Shown in pieces: positions 55,311 through 63,981 of a stretch of DNA of 64,000 nucleotides; position 1 is the stretch's first letter, and each line of letters starts with the position of its first letter. The stretch comes from Candidatus Omnitrophota bacterium. Its GTDB lineage: Bacteria > Omnitrophota > Gorgyraeia > VGKH01. A model generated the notes under the pieces. The model was not told the DNA's origin and made no database searches. It worked only from the letters and a program-made list of their open reading frames with translations. Location: the NCBI GenBank assembly GCA_022703055.1, contig JAKLEP010000001.1, positions 282,850 to 346,849 of the forward strand, in the 5' to 3' direction. The position numbers and the translations under genes are program-made.

Positions 55311-55490
55311 ATGAAGAAAATTGAGAATAGCCTTTATGTAGTAGGGGCGTTTTTGGTTTTTTATGCTTTGTTTTCTCGTTTCTACGGCGAGCAATCGGTT
55401 GCTATGTACCAGTTTAAATCGAGTAGCATTTTGATGTTAGCCAACACAGTTTTGATCGGGGCTGTTATCGCAGCAGTGCGCAATAAATAG
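55311..55490 (+). CDS. 59-aa predicted two-TM membrane peptide
   Basis: Not in the ORF track because it falls just under the length cutoff. Hand translation gives MKKIENSLYVVGAFLVFYALFSRFYGEQSVAMYQFKSSSILMLANTVLIGAVIAAVRNK*. A strong RBS (gaggagggg) lies 5 nt upstream. Confidence 0.6.
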   Translation: MKKIENSLYVVGAFLVFYALFSRFYGEQSVAMYQFKSSSILMLANTVLIGAVIAAVRNK

Positions 55491-55501
55491 GTAGGCGGCC
55501 T

Positions 55502-55702
55502 ATGCCGTTCAATAAAGAGGCAAAAAACTGTTGGGATTTCTGGAATTGCCCGAAACACAAGAGAGAAAGCTGCACGGTTTATGGCCTGGATATGGGCAAC
55601 CAATGTTTTAATGTCTTTGATGATTACCGCCCGCAGGCGCCAAGGGGTTTCGAATATTGTTTTGATTGCCCTTGGTTTAAGATGAAACAGGCCAGCGCCT
55701 AG
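55502..55702 (+). CDS. Small Cys/Trp-rich protein (resembles what I recall being annotated as a 'two-CW' domain)
   Basis: 66 aa: KNCWDFWNCPKHKRESC...CFDCPWF, with six Cys in total and two C(P)W motifs. It starts 11 nt after the membrane peptide gene. Confidence 0.6.
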   Translation: MPFNKEAKNCWDFWNCPKHKRESCTVYGLDMGNQCFNVFDDYRPQAPRGFEYCFDCPWFKMKQASA

Positions 55703-55727
55703 AGCGGTATTGCATAGCAGTGGATTT

Positions 55728-55762
55728 GGGGCGTCCGCCATTGTAACAATGGCGGACGCCCC
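55728..55762. terminator. GC-rich palindrome (terminator-like; REP-like family member)
   Basis: GGGGCGTCCGCCATTG taa CAATGGCGGACGCCCC, a 16-bp perfect stem, followed by TTAAATTTTATTTT. It shares GGGGCGTCCGCCA / TGGCGGACGCCC with the palindrome at 54495-54527. Confidence 0.7.
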
Positions 55763-55843
55763 TTAAATTTTATTTTACCTTTACAATTCAATTGAAAACA
55801 ATATAATATAGTGAAACACTAGTGCACGCGAAAAGGAGATAAG

Positions 55844-56296
55844 ATGTTAGAGGACAAAATTTTAGAGGATTACAAAGCCGCGATGCTGGCCAAGGATAAG
55901 ATTAAGTCATCGACCTTGAGCTTCTTGAGGGCCGATTTCAATAATTACGCCATTGACAAGCGCAAAAAGAAATTAGATGATTCCGACGTCATCGCCGTAA
56001 TCAAATCCCAGATTAAAAAACACCAGGATTCCATCGAGCAGTTTAAAAAAGGCAATAGATTAGAGCTAGCCGATAAAGAAACCAAAGAATTGGAAATTTT
56101 AAAGTCTTACCTGCCGGCCCAGCTATCGGAAGAAGAGGTTAAAAAAACCATCTCCGAAATTATCGCTTCAGTCGGCGCATCCGGAATCAAAGACATGGGC
56201 AAGGTAATGAAAGAGGCCATGGCCAAAATTGGAGACAAAGCCGACAATAAGCTGGTAAGCGAAATCGTCAGGGAAAAACTCTCCTCGATAAAATAA
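55844..56296 (+). CDS. GatB/YqeY domain-containing protein
   Basis: 150 aa: LEDKILEDYKAAMLAKDKIKSSTLSFLRADF... and YLPAQLSEEEVKKTISEIIASVGASGIKDMGKVMK are typical of the YqeY family. Confidence 0.85.
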   Translation: MLEDKILEDYKAAMLAKDKIKSSTLSFLRADFNNYAIDKRKKKLDDSDVIAVIKSQIKKHQDSIEQFKKGNRLELADKETKELEILKSYLPAQLSEEEVKKTISEIIASVGASGIKDMGKVMKEAMAKIGDKADNKLVSEIVREKLSSIK

Positions 56297-56298
56297 AA

Positions 56299-57075
56299 AT
56301 GAAAAAATTACTAGCAACGATTCTTGTTATAGGAGTTTTAATCTATGCAGGGTGGTTTCTTGCCGTTAACTATCTTTATTCCGTTCCCATATTAATGTAC
56401 CACCATGTTGACGGTGCCAATAAAAGCACGGATTCACCAACCGTCTCAAAGGAAAATTTCGCCAAGCAAATGGAGCTAATCCATAAAAAAGGATACAACG
56501 TAATAAGCCTAGATGCACTGGTGGACGCCACTTTGAATAAGAAGAGGCTTGCGCGCAACAGCGTAGTTATTACTTTTGATGACGGCTATAAAGATAATTA
56601 CACAAACGCCTATCCGGATTTAAAGAAATATAATTTTCCCGCTACCATATTTATCATAACCGGTAAAATCGGGCAGATAGAGTATGTTTCGTGGGAAGAT
56701 ATCCTAGAAATGAGCAAAAATAATATTTCTTTCGGTTCGCATTCCCGCTGCCACCGTTATCTTCCAGACCTAGAAGAAGGAGAGGTTAAAAAATCAGTCG
56801 TAGAAAGCAAAAAAGATTTAGAGCAGAAGCTTAATACCGAAGTTAAATATTTTTGCTATCCTTTAGGCGGATTTAGCGACAGAATAATCAAGATTGTCCA
56901 GGAGGCCGGTTACAAAGGCGCCTGCACCACCAATAAAGGCGGCAATAGGTTTAACACAGACACTTATTCTTTAAAAAGAATTAAGATGAAAGATGCGGAC
57001 ATAATGAGCTGGAATCTGTGGAGAAAACTCTGCGGATTTTATTATTGGTTTACCAGAGAAAAAGCGCCGTATTAA
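56299..57075 (+). CDS. Polysaccharide deacetylase (NodB homology domain) with N-terminal membrane anchor
   Basis: 258 aa: VVITFDDGYKDNY (the TFDD motif), FGSHSRCH and YFCYPLGG. Confidence 0.85.
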   Translation: MKKLLATILVIGVLIYAGWFLAVNYLYSVPILMYHHVDGANKSTDSPTVSKENFAKQMELIHKKGYNVISLDALVDATLNKKRLARNSVVITFDDGYKDNYTNAYPDLKKYNFPATIFIITGKIGQIEYVSWEDILEMSKNNISFGSHSRCHRYLPDLEEGEVKKSVVESKKDLEQKLNTEVKYFCYPLGGFSDRIIKIVQEAGYKGACTTNKGGNRFNTDTYSLKRIKMKDADIMSWNLWRKLCGFYYWFTREKAPY

Positions 57076-57076
57076 T

Positions 57077-58225
57077 TTAAGACCTTACCGTATCCAAGAC
57101 TATCTTTGCCGCCCGCCTCCTGGCACCAGCCGAACCGAGTAACTCGCGTAATTCAAGCAAATCCTTATTCATTCTTGCGATGCGCTCTTTGTTGGTTAGC
57201 ATATCGATAGCTTGGCGCGCGATTCTTGCCGGCCGCGCCTTAAATTGGATAAATTCCGGCATGATGAGTTTTCTTGCCACAATGTTTACGAGGCCAACAT
57301 TACGAATCCTTAGAAGGCACCTGATTATTAACCATGTCGGAAAGGATAGCTTGTAGAGGATTATCAACGGCCGGTTTAAGATTGCAGTTTCTAATGTAGC
57401 AGTCCCGGAGGCGCAGATGACCAGATCCGAGGCGTTTATCCCATCATAGGTTTTATCTTTGATGATTTTTATATGAAGATTTGTTTTTTGCAGGCACTCG
57501 TCAAAAATCTTCTGTTTTACCGTCGGAGCCCTCAAGATTATAAACTGCACATCTTTTAATTTCTGGCTGATTATTTCCGCGGTTTTTATCGAGACAGGTA
57601 GAATCCTTTCAACTTCTTTTTCCCGTGAGCCGGGAAGGAGAGCCACGGTTTTTAGGTTTTCCGAAAGGTTACAGGTCCTTAGGAAGTCTTTTTTGGACAT
57701 GCTCGGCTTTGCCACATCCAATAGCGGATGGCCGATGAAGGTCGCATCCACGCCGTACTTCTTATAAAGCGCTTCTTCGAATTTCAAGATGACTATCATT
57801 TTATTGATACATCTTTTTATCAGCCTGATGCGGCCTTTGCCCCAGGCCCAGATCTGCGGACTGATATAATAAATTACTTTGATATTTCTTTCTTTGAGCT
57901 TTTTGGCCAGTCGCAGGTTAAAACCGGGATAATCTATCAATATGACCGCCTCGGGTCGTTCTTTTTCGATTCTATCCAATAGATTATAGAAAATCTTTTT
58001 GAATTCTCCGTAGTGTTTCAGGACTTCGATAAAGCCAACGACGGCAAAATCCACAAGATTGTAAAGGATTTCCACTCCGGCAGCTTGCATTTTTTCCCCG
58101 CCCAGGCCGTACATCTTGATGCTGCCGTCCATGGATCTTATTTCTTGCGCCAGATGCGCGCCGTGCATGTCGCCCGAAGCTTCCCCAGCAATAATGAATA
58201 TCTTTTTATGGTTCATCGTCGCCAA
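57077..58225 (-). CDS. lpxB: Lipid-A-disaccharide synthase
   Basis: 382 aa: KIFIIAGEASGDMHGAHL, ILIDYPGFNLRLAKKLK and YYISPQIWAWG. The real start may be the MNHKK Met at 58216. Confidence 0.93.
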   Translation of the reverse strand: MATMNHKKIFIIAGEASGDMHGAHLAQEIRSMDGSIKMYGLGGEKMQAAGVEILYNLVDFAVVGFIEVLKHYGEFKKIFYNLLDRIEKERPEAVILIDYPGFNLRLAKKLKERNIKVIYYISPQIWAWGKGRIRLIKRCINKMIVILKFEEALYKKYGVDATFIGHPLLDVAKPSMSKKDFLRTCNLSENLKTVALLPGSREKEVERILPVSIKTAEIISQKLKDVQFIILRAPTVKQKIFDECLQKTNLHIKIIKDKTYDGINASDLVICASGTATLETAILNRPLIILYKLSFPTWLIIRCLLRIRNVGLVNIVARKLIMPEFIQFKARPARIARQAIDMLTNKERIARMNKDLLELRELLGSAGARRRAAKIVLDTVRS

Positions 58226-59145
58226 ATTTGATTTTTTATTTTGATTGCAAGATCCAGCGCCTCCCGGGCTTCCAGGCCGGAAACCACTGGCTTATGGTTG
58301 GTTACGACGCAGTTTATAAAATCTCCCAGTTCTTTCTGGAGAGGTTGTTCTTTTTCGATTTGCATCTGCTGGCAGGTGATTTTATCGCTTTCCTTGCGGT
58401 AGATGAATGCTTCCTGCTTGACATAATCAAGCGAGATGTAGGTATCTTTGACAAAAATCCTGATTTTGCGCATGGTTTCATCGGAAACTCTGCTGGCGGT
58501 GAGATTGCAGACGCAGCCGTTTTGGAAATTTATCCTGACATTGGCGATATCTTCGTATTGAGTTAGGACATTTACGCCAACTGCATCGATGTGTTTTGGT
58601 TTTGAGCGCACCAATCCCAGGATGATATCAATATCGTGAATCATCAAATCTAAGACTACCCCAATATCCAAAGACCTGCCAGGGAAGGGGCTTAAACGGT
58701 GGCATTCGATAAACAGAGGTTTTTTCACTAATTCCTGGACTGCCTGGAAAGCCGAGTTGAACCTTTCCACGTGGCCGACTTGGAATATCAGTTTTCGCCT
58801 TTTTGCCAGCTTCAGCAGTTCATCCGCCTGTTTTACAGTGTTGGTGACAGGTTTTTCCACGAGGACATGGATATTTTTTTGCAGGCAATCCTTGGCAATC
58901 TGGTAGTGTAATTCAGTGGGCACGCAGATGCTAGCCGCCTGTATATCTTCTTCGGAGATTAACTTGCGGTAGTCAAGGTATGGCTTGGCACCACAATCTG
59001 AGGATATTTTCTGGAGCTTGCTTTCATCGGTATCGCAGGCCGCCTTTAAATTGACATTATCAAAAGAGGTATAAATTTGGGCATGTTTTGAGCCTAAATG
59101 GCCGAATCCTATTACAGCAACATTAATTTTTGACATGGTTTTCAT
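58213..59145 (-). CDS. Gfo/Idh/MocA-family NAD(P)-dependent oxidoreductase
   Basis: 310 aa with Rossmann INVAVIGFGHLGSKHA and the EKP motif LVEKPV. It is translationally coupled to lpxB through overlapping ends. Confidence 0.85.
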   Translation of the reverse strand: MKTMSKINVAVIGFGHLGSKHAQIYTSFDNVNLKAACDTDESKLQKISSDCGAKPYLDYRKLISEEDIQAASICVPTELHYQIAKDCLQKNIHVLVEKPVTNTVKQADELLKLAKRRKLIFQVGHVERFNSAFQAVQELVKKPLFIECHRLSPFPGRSLDIGVVLDLMIHDIDIILGLVRSKPKHIDAVGVNVLTQYEDIANVRINFQNGCVCNLTASRVSDETMRKIRIFVKDTYISLDYVKQEAFIYRKESDKITCQQMQIEKEQPLQKELGDFINCVVTNHKPVVSGLEAREALDLAIKIKNQIWRR

Positions 59146-59199
59146 ATATTAACAAATACCTCGACAAATGTCAACAGATATGCTATTATACTTTCCCAA

Positions 59200-60993
59200 A
59201 TGAAAGACTACCTTAGACTTATAAAATATTTGAAGCCGCACATACCCGTGCTGGTTTGGGCTGGAGTGTGCATGTTTTTCTCCACCATTTTTGACGGGGT
59301 ATCTCTGTCCATGATCGTGCCTCTCGCCGACAAGGTACTGACCGACAAACAGATAGTAGTGGGAACAAAGCTACCTGATTTTGTCATGGCTTTTATAAAC
59401 AAGATAAACAGCATGCCGCCCATTACGCTTTTAACCATAATGGTTTGGGTGGTTTTGGCTTTATTTATCTTAAAAGGTATCTTTACTTTTTTTCAGGGAT
59501 ATCTTATGTCGGACATCGGACAGCTAGTCATAAGAGACGCACGCCTGCTTTTGTATAAGAAACTGCAGGAATTATCTTTGGATTTTTACAGCCAGAAGCG
59601 GGCGGGAGAATTAGTTTCCCGAATAACCAACGACGTAAAAACTCTAGAAAATGCGGTTTCTTATGGTTTCACCGACCTGATCTACCAGACATTCCAGCTG
59701 GTACTTTTTACCTTTCTTATCTTTATAATCCATTGGAAGATGGCTCTGTTTGCCCTTATATTGTTTCCTCTAGTGGTCGGGCCGACCGTGAATATCGGCA
59801 GGAAACTGCGCAAGCTTACCAAGAGACAGCAGGAGCGCATGGCCGACATTAATTCTTTGCTTACCGAGACTATATCGGGCGTGCGCATCGTCAAGGCTTT
59901 TAATATGGAGAATTATGAAATTAATAAATTTGCCAATCAAAACCAAGATAATTATAAGCTGGAGATGAAAGCGATAAAACGCAATTTGTTGCTTAATCCC
60001 ATAACGGAATTTGTTGGAGCTTTTTGCGGGATTTTTGTTTTTTATCTCGCTGGCAAAGATGTTATCGCGGGAAAACTTTCCTTTGGAGTTTTCGGATTAT
60101 TCCTCGGTTCATTATTGTCTTTAATCAGGCCGTTTAAGAAACTGACCCAGGTTCACGCCTTAAACCAAAGAGCATTGGCCGCCAATGTGAGGATAGAGGA
60201 GATTCTGGATTTAAAGCCTTCTCTGGAAGAAAAGCCGCATGCTGTAACCTTGCCAAATTTGAAATCCAATATAGTTTTTCAGAATGTTTGGTTTAGATAC
60301 GAACCGGATTCGCCAGATGTGCTAAAGGATATTAACCTGGAAGTAAAATACGGCGAGATGGTAGCTATCGTCGGCCCGACGGGGGCGGGAAAGACTTCTA
60401 TAATAAATCTTATCCCGAGATTTTATGATCCCCAGAAGGGAAAAATTGCTATCGATGGCATCGATATAAGAGATGTAAAGATTAAATCTTTACGCGAGCA
60501 GGTTGGTCTTGTCACGCAGGAAACAATTTTGTTTAATGATACTGTTTCTGCCAATATTGCCTACGGAAAACCGCAGGCTTCTCAATCAGAGATTGAAAAT
60601 GCTGCCAAGCAGGCTTTCGCCCATGATTTTGTCATGAAGATGCCGCAAGGTTATAATACCATTGTTGGAGATAGAGGATTTAAGCTCTCTGGTGGGGAAA
60701 AACAGAGGTTGTCAATCGCCCGGGCAATCCTGAAAAACCCGCCGATTCTTATCCTTGACGAAGCGACTTCGCAGCTTGACTCTGAATCGGAACGCCTGGT
60801 GCAGGAAGCGATCAATAAGTTGATTACTAATCGTACGGTATTTTGCATCGCCCATAGGCTGTCAACGGTAAGAAAGGCCAATAGGATCGTGGTGGTAGAA
60901 CAGGGCAGAATTGTTGAAGTCGGCACACATGAAGAGCTGCTTTCTCGCGGCGGCCTTTATAAGCGGCTTTACGATAGCCAATTCCATATGTAA
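59200..60993 (+). CDS. msbA: ABC transporter, fused permease/ATPase of the MsbA (lipid A/lipid flippase) type
   Basis: 597 aa with 6 TM segments plus an NBD. It has Walker A GPTGAGKTS, the signature LSGGEKQR and Walker B ILILDEATS. It is divergent from the lpxB operon. Confidence 0.8.
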   Translation: MKDYLRLIKYLKPHIPVLVWAGVCMFFSTIFDGVSLSMIVPLADKVLTDKQIVVGTKLPDFVMAFINKINSMPPITLLTIMVWVVLALFILKGIFTFFQGYLMSDIGQLVIRDARLLLYKKLQELSLDFYSQKRAGELVSRITNDVKTLENAVSYGFTDLIYQTFQLVLFTFLIFIIHWKMALFALILFPLVVGPTVNIGRKLRKLTKRQQERMADINSLLTETISGVRIVKAFNMENYEINKFANQNQDNYKLEMKAIKRNLLLNPITEFVGAFCGIFVFYLAGKDVIAGKLSFGVFGLFLGSLLSLIRPFKKLTQVHALNQRALAANVRIEEILDLKPSLEEKPHAVTLPNLKSNIVFQNVWFRYEPDSPDVLKDINLEVKYGEMVAIVGPTGAGKTSIINLIPRFYDPQKGKIAIDGIDIRDVKIKSLREQVGLVTQETILFNDTVSANIAYGKPQASQSEIENAAKQAFAHDFVMKMPQGYNTIVGDRGFKLSGGEKQRLSIARAILKNPPILILDEATSQLDSESERLVQEAINKLITNRTVFCIAHRLSTVRKANRIVVVEQGRIVEVGTHEELLSRGGLYKRLYDSQFHM

Positions 60994-61008
60994 TTTTAAT
61001 AAAAATTG

Positions 61009-61036
61009 TTGAAATATATATATATTTGGTTATAAT
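61009..61036 (+). promoter_or_regulatory. Candidate promoter upstream of rpsB
   Basis: TTGAAA (61009-61014), a 16-nt spacer, then TATAAT (61031-61036). Confidence 0.4.
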
Positions 61037-61129
61037 AATCTCCAAGTCTAAAAACCCTTCAGAAGTTTAATTTCTGAGTAAAAAAGTTAAGAAAAAGTAG
61101 TTTATTTAAGGAGGAGTGAACATAACACT

Positions 61130-62023
61130 ATGGTAGATGATTTAGTTAGGCAACTTTTAGAGGCAGGGGTGCATTTTGGGCATCAGGCCAAGCGCTGGAA
61201 TCCCAAAATGGCCAAGTTTATCTTTGGGGAAAGAAGTAGTATCTATATCATTGATCTGGAAAAGACTGCTGAAGCCATGAAAGAGGCACGGGAATTTCTT
61301 ATCGACGTCGCTTCTAAGGGCGGAACCTTTCTTTTTGTTGGTACGAAGAAGCAGGCTCAGGCAGCGATAAAACAGGAAGCCCAGCGATGTGGCATGTTTT
61401 TCGTTGATAGGCGCTGGCTGGGCGGCCTTCTTACCAATTTCCAGACAGTGAGAAAGTCTGTAGCCCATCTTAAGAAATTGGAAAAGATGAGAGACGACGG
61501 TATATTCAGCAGATTATCCAAGAAGGAAGTATCCAAGCTTACCAAGGAAATGGAAAAGTTAGAGAAGAACCTTTCCGGCGTTAAGGAGATGGAGAATCTG
61601 CCCAGCGTAGTCTTCTTGATTGATTCTCATAAAGAAGAAACTGCTGTAAACGAAGCCAAGATTCTCAATATACCTATAGTTGGTCTTATAGATACCAACT
61701 GCGATCCGGATTTGATCGATTTTCCTGTTCCAGGGAACGACGATGCTATGCGTTCTATCAGCTTTGTGACTGCTTATGTGGCTGAAAGTATTCTCGAAGG
61801 CAGGAAGAGATTCTTAGAAATTATGAAGAAACCCATTGAAGTTCCTAAGGGCGAGCAGGAAGAAAAAGCTGGAGCGCTTGCGGGAGAAAAAATCAAGTCC
61901 GAAGATCTAGAGAATTTAGAAGAAGATGTTGTAAAAGACGGGGAAGCTAAAAAGTTGGTTAAGCCCAAGGCAGATACCGGCGACAGATCGAAAAAACCAC
62001 GCACAACAAGGAAGGGTAAATAA
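61130..62023 (+). CDS. rpsB: 30S ribosomal protein S2 with charged C-terminal extension
   Basis: 297 aa: LLEAGVHFGHQAKRWNPKM and IPIVGLIDTNCDPD. A Lys/Glu-rich tail of about 60 aa follows the core. Confidence 0.97.
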   Translation: MVDDLVRQLLEAGVHFGHQAKRWNPKMAKFIFGERSSIYIIDLEKTAEAMKEAREFLIDVASKGGTFLFVGTKKQAQAAIKQEAQRCGMFFVDRRWLGGLLTNFQTVRKSVAHLKKLEKMRDDGIFSRLSKKEVSKLTKEMEKLEKNLSGVKEMENLPSVVFLIDSHKEETAVNEAKILNIPIVGLIDTNCDPDLIDFPVPGNDDAMRSISFVTAYVAESILEGRKRFLEIMKKPIEVPKGEQEEKAGALAGEKIKSEDLENLEEDVVKDGEAKKLVKPKADTGDRSKKPRTTRKGK

Positions 62024-62027
62024 AAAA

Positions 62028-62552
62028 ATGAAAATAACCACAGAGCAGATACAGCAATTGAGGCAGGAGACTTCCTGCGGAGTAATGGATTGCAGAAAAG
62101 CGCTAATGGAGTCGCAAGGCGACTTTAAGAAAGCCAAAGAAGTTTTGATCAAGAGAGGACTGGAGCTGGCTGCCAAAAAAGCCGATAGAGAAGCAAAGCA
62201 GGGGAGAATTGAATCCTATGTTCATTTAGGAAATAAAATCGGCGTTTTATTGGAAGTTAATTGCGAGACAGATTTCGTCGCCAGAAACGAAGATTTCTGC
62301 CGTTTCACTAAAGATGTAGCGATGCAGATAGCGGCAGCCGAGCCAAAATATCTAAAAAAGGAAGATGTGTCCAAGGAAGATTTAAAAGATGTCAAGGATA
62401 AGGAAGATTTTTACAAGAAGAATTGTCTTATGGATCAGGTATTTATAAAAGATCCAAGCTTAACCGTGAAAGATTATTTAGCCAGCCTCGTGGCAAAAAT
62501 CGGCGAGAACATCATCGTCCGTAGATTCACCAGATATAAATTAGGAGAATAA
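62028..62552 (+). CDS. tsf: Elongation factor Ts (short form)
   Basis: 174 aa with the UBA-like N-terminus IQQLRQETSCGVMDCRKALMESQGDFKKAKEVL and the block LLEVNCETDFVARNEDF. It is much shorter than the E. coli-type EF-Ts. Confidence 0.92.
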   Translation: MKITTEQIQQLRQETSCGVMDCRKALMESQGDFKKAKEVLIKRGLELAAKKADREAKQGRIESYVHLGNKIGVLLEVNCETDFVARNEDFCRFTKDVAMQIAAAEPKYLKKEDVSKEDLKDVKDKEDFYKKNCLMDQVFIKDPSLTVKDYLASLVAKIGENIIVRRFTRYKLGE

Positions 62553-63269
62553 TTGAGACATCCGGTTTATAAAAGAGTAGTTTTGAAGTTAAGCGGTGAA
62601 GCTTTACAAGGTGCTCAGAAGCACGGGATCGATTTAAAATACTGTCATTCCCTGGCCAAAGAAATTAAAGAAGTCAAATCTTTGAAGGTACAGGTGGCTT
62701 TAGTTGTTGGCGGAGGAAATATATTTCGCGGAGAGAAAGAGTCTACAGCTTTTGGCATTGATCGTTCCGTAGCTGACTATATGGGAATGCTCGCCACGGT
62801 AATAAATGGACTGGCACTTCAGGATGCGCTGGAGAAAATAGGCGTTCCGACGCGGGTACTTACGGCAATAGAGATGCATGCTATCGCCGAGCCATACATC
62901 CGCCGTCGGGCGATAAGACATCTGGAAAAGGGAAGGGTAATTATTTTTGTCGCCGGCACTGGCAATCCATATTTCACTACCGATACCACTGCAGCTCTTC
63001 GCGCAAAAGAAATTGGTGCCGATATAATCTTAAAAGCCACAAAGGTTGACGGAGTCTATTCTGCCGATCCGGTAAAAGTAAAAAACGCCAAAAGATTTAC
63101 GAATCTAGAATACCTGGACGTACTTAAGAATAGGCTCAAAGTTATGGATGCTACCGCGATAAGCCTTTGCATGGATAATAATTTGCCTATTGTTATTTTT
63201 AATTTTACCAAACCTGGGAATATAAAAAGGGTAATACTGGGTGAAAAAATCGGAACAGTTGTAAAGTAG
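62553..63269 (+). CDS. pyrH: UMP kinase
   Basis: 238 aa with a TTG start: [41 protein letters not shown] and [13 protein letters not shown]. Confidence 0.96.
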   Translation: MRHPVYKRVVLKLSGEALQGAQKHGIDLKYCHSLAKEIKEVKSLKVQVALVVGGGNIFRGEKESTAFGIDRSVADYMGMLATVINGLALQDALEKIGVPTRVLTAIEMHAIAEPYIRRRAIRHLEKGRVIIFVAGTGNPYFTTDTTAALRAKEIGADIILKATKVDGVYSADPVKVKNAKRFTNLEYLDVLKNRLKVMDATAISLCMDNNLPIVIFNFTKPGNIKRVILGEKIGTVVK

Positions 63270-63278
63270 GTGGTGGAT

Positions 63279-63839
63279 ATGTCAGTTAAGCAGATAGTTC
63301 ATGACACGGAAGACAAGATGAAGAAGACTATAGAGTCAACGAAGAGGGAATTTGCGGAAATCCGCACCGGACGAGCAAGCCCGTCTTTGATCGAAGGCTT
63401 GAGAGTCGATTATTATGGAACGCCGACATTATTAAAACAGATCGCATCAATCTCGATTCCTGACGCGCGGCTTATCGTCATACAGCCGTGGGACCCTAGC
63501 GCTGTAAAAGAAATTGAAAAGACAATTTTAAAGTCTAACCTAGGCATTACTCCCATGAATGACGGCAAGGTTATTCGTCTTTCTATCCCAGCGTTATCTA
63601 AAGAGAGGCGTGATGAGCTTGCCAAGCTGGTTAAGACAATGGCGGAGGAGGGCAGGATTTCTCTTCGCACCATCCGTCGCGATGCAAATGAGGCGATAAA
63701 GAAATTAGAGGATGACAAAATAATCCCCGAAGACGAACGCTTTACGGGCCAGGATGAAATCCAGAAGCTTACAGATAGATACATTCAGAATATAGAACAG
63801 GTTCTAAAAGACAAAGAAAAAGAATTGACTGAATTTTAG
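63279..63839 (+). CDS. frr: Ribosome recycling factor
   Basis: MSVKQIVHDTEDKMKKTIESTKREFAEIRTGRASPSLIEG and IPALSKERRDEL. ATG 63279 follows an aggtgg RBS. The ORF track starts at GTG 63270. Confidence 0.95.
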   Translation: MSVKQIVHDTEDKMKKTIESTKREFAEIRTGRASPSLIEGLRVDYYGTPTLLKQIASISIPDARLIVIQPWDPSAVKEIEKTILKSNLGITPMNDGKVIRLSIPALSKERRDELAKLVKTMAEEGRISLRTIRRDANEAIKKLEDDKIIPEDERFTGQDEIQKLTDRYIQNIEQVLKDKEKELTEF

Positions 63840-63840
63840 C

Positions 63841-63868
63841 GGTTGCTTTTTATCAAAGCCAACCTTTT
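63841..63868 (+). terminator. Possible intrinsic terminator after frr
   Basis: GGTTGCTTT ttatc AAAGCCAACC (one bulged base) followed by TTTT. Confidence 0.4.
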
Positions 63869-63905
63869 AAATATTAATAAAATCTGTTCTCTTACATTTA
63901 GATGT

Positions 63906-63981
63906 GAGCCACTAGCTCATCAGGTAGAGCACCGCCCTTTTAAGGCGGTTGTGCCGCGTTCGAGTCGCGGGTGGCTCACCA
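63906..63981 (+). tRNA. tRNA-Lys (anticodon UUU), CCA encoded
   Basis: Hand-folded cloverleaf. Acceptor GAGCCAC/GTGGCTC, D arm GCTC-ATCAGGTA-GAGC, anticodon arm CCGCC-CTTTTAA-GGCGG, variable loop TTGTG, T arm CCGCG-TTCGAGT-CGCGG, discriminator A, then CCA. Confidence 0.9.

Noticed and set aside
55382-55741. 119-aa minus-strand ORF
   Set aside because: It is antisense to the RBS-preceded membrane-peptide and Cys-rich protein genes and runs into the terminal palindrome. It has a low-complexity, non-protein-like composition.
57728-58566. Plus-strand ORFs (84, 72 and 112 aa) opposite lpxB and the Gfo/Idh/MocA gene
   Set aside because: They are antisense shadows of two well-supported minus-strand genes.
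62028-62552. Short (174-aa) EF-Ts as a possible truncation or pseudogene
   Set aside because: The reading frame is intact from a good start to the stop abutting pyrH, and it keeps the UBA-like N-terminus and core block. Short-form EF-Ts proteins are known in several bacterial lineages.
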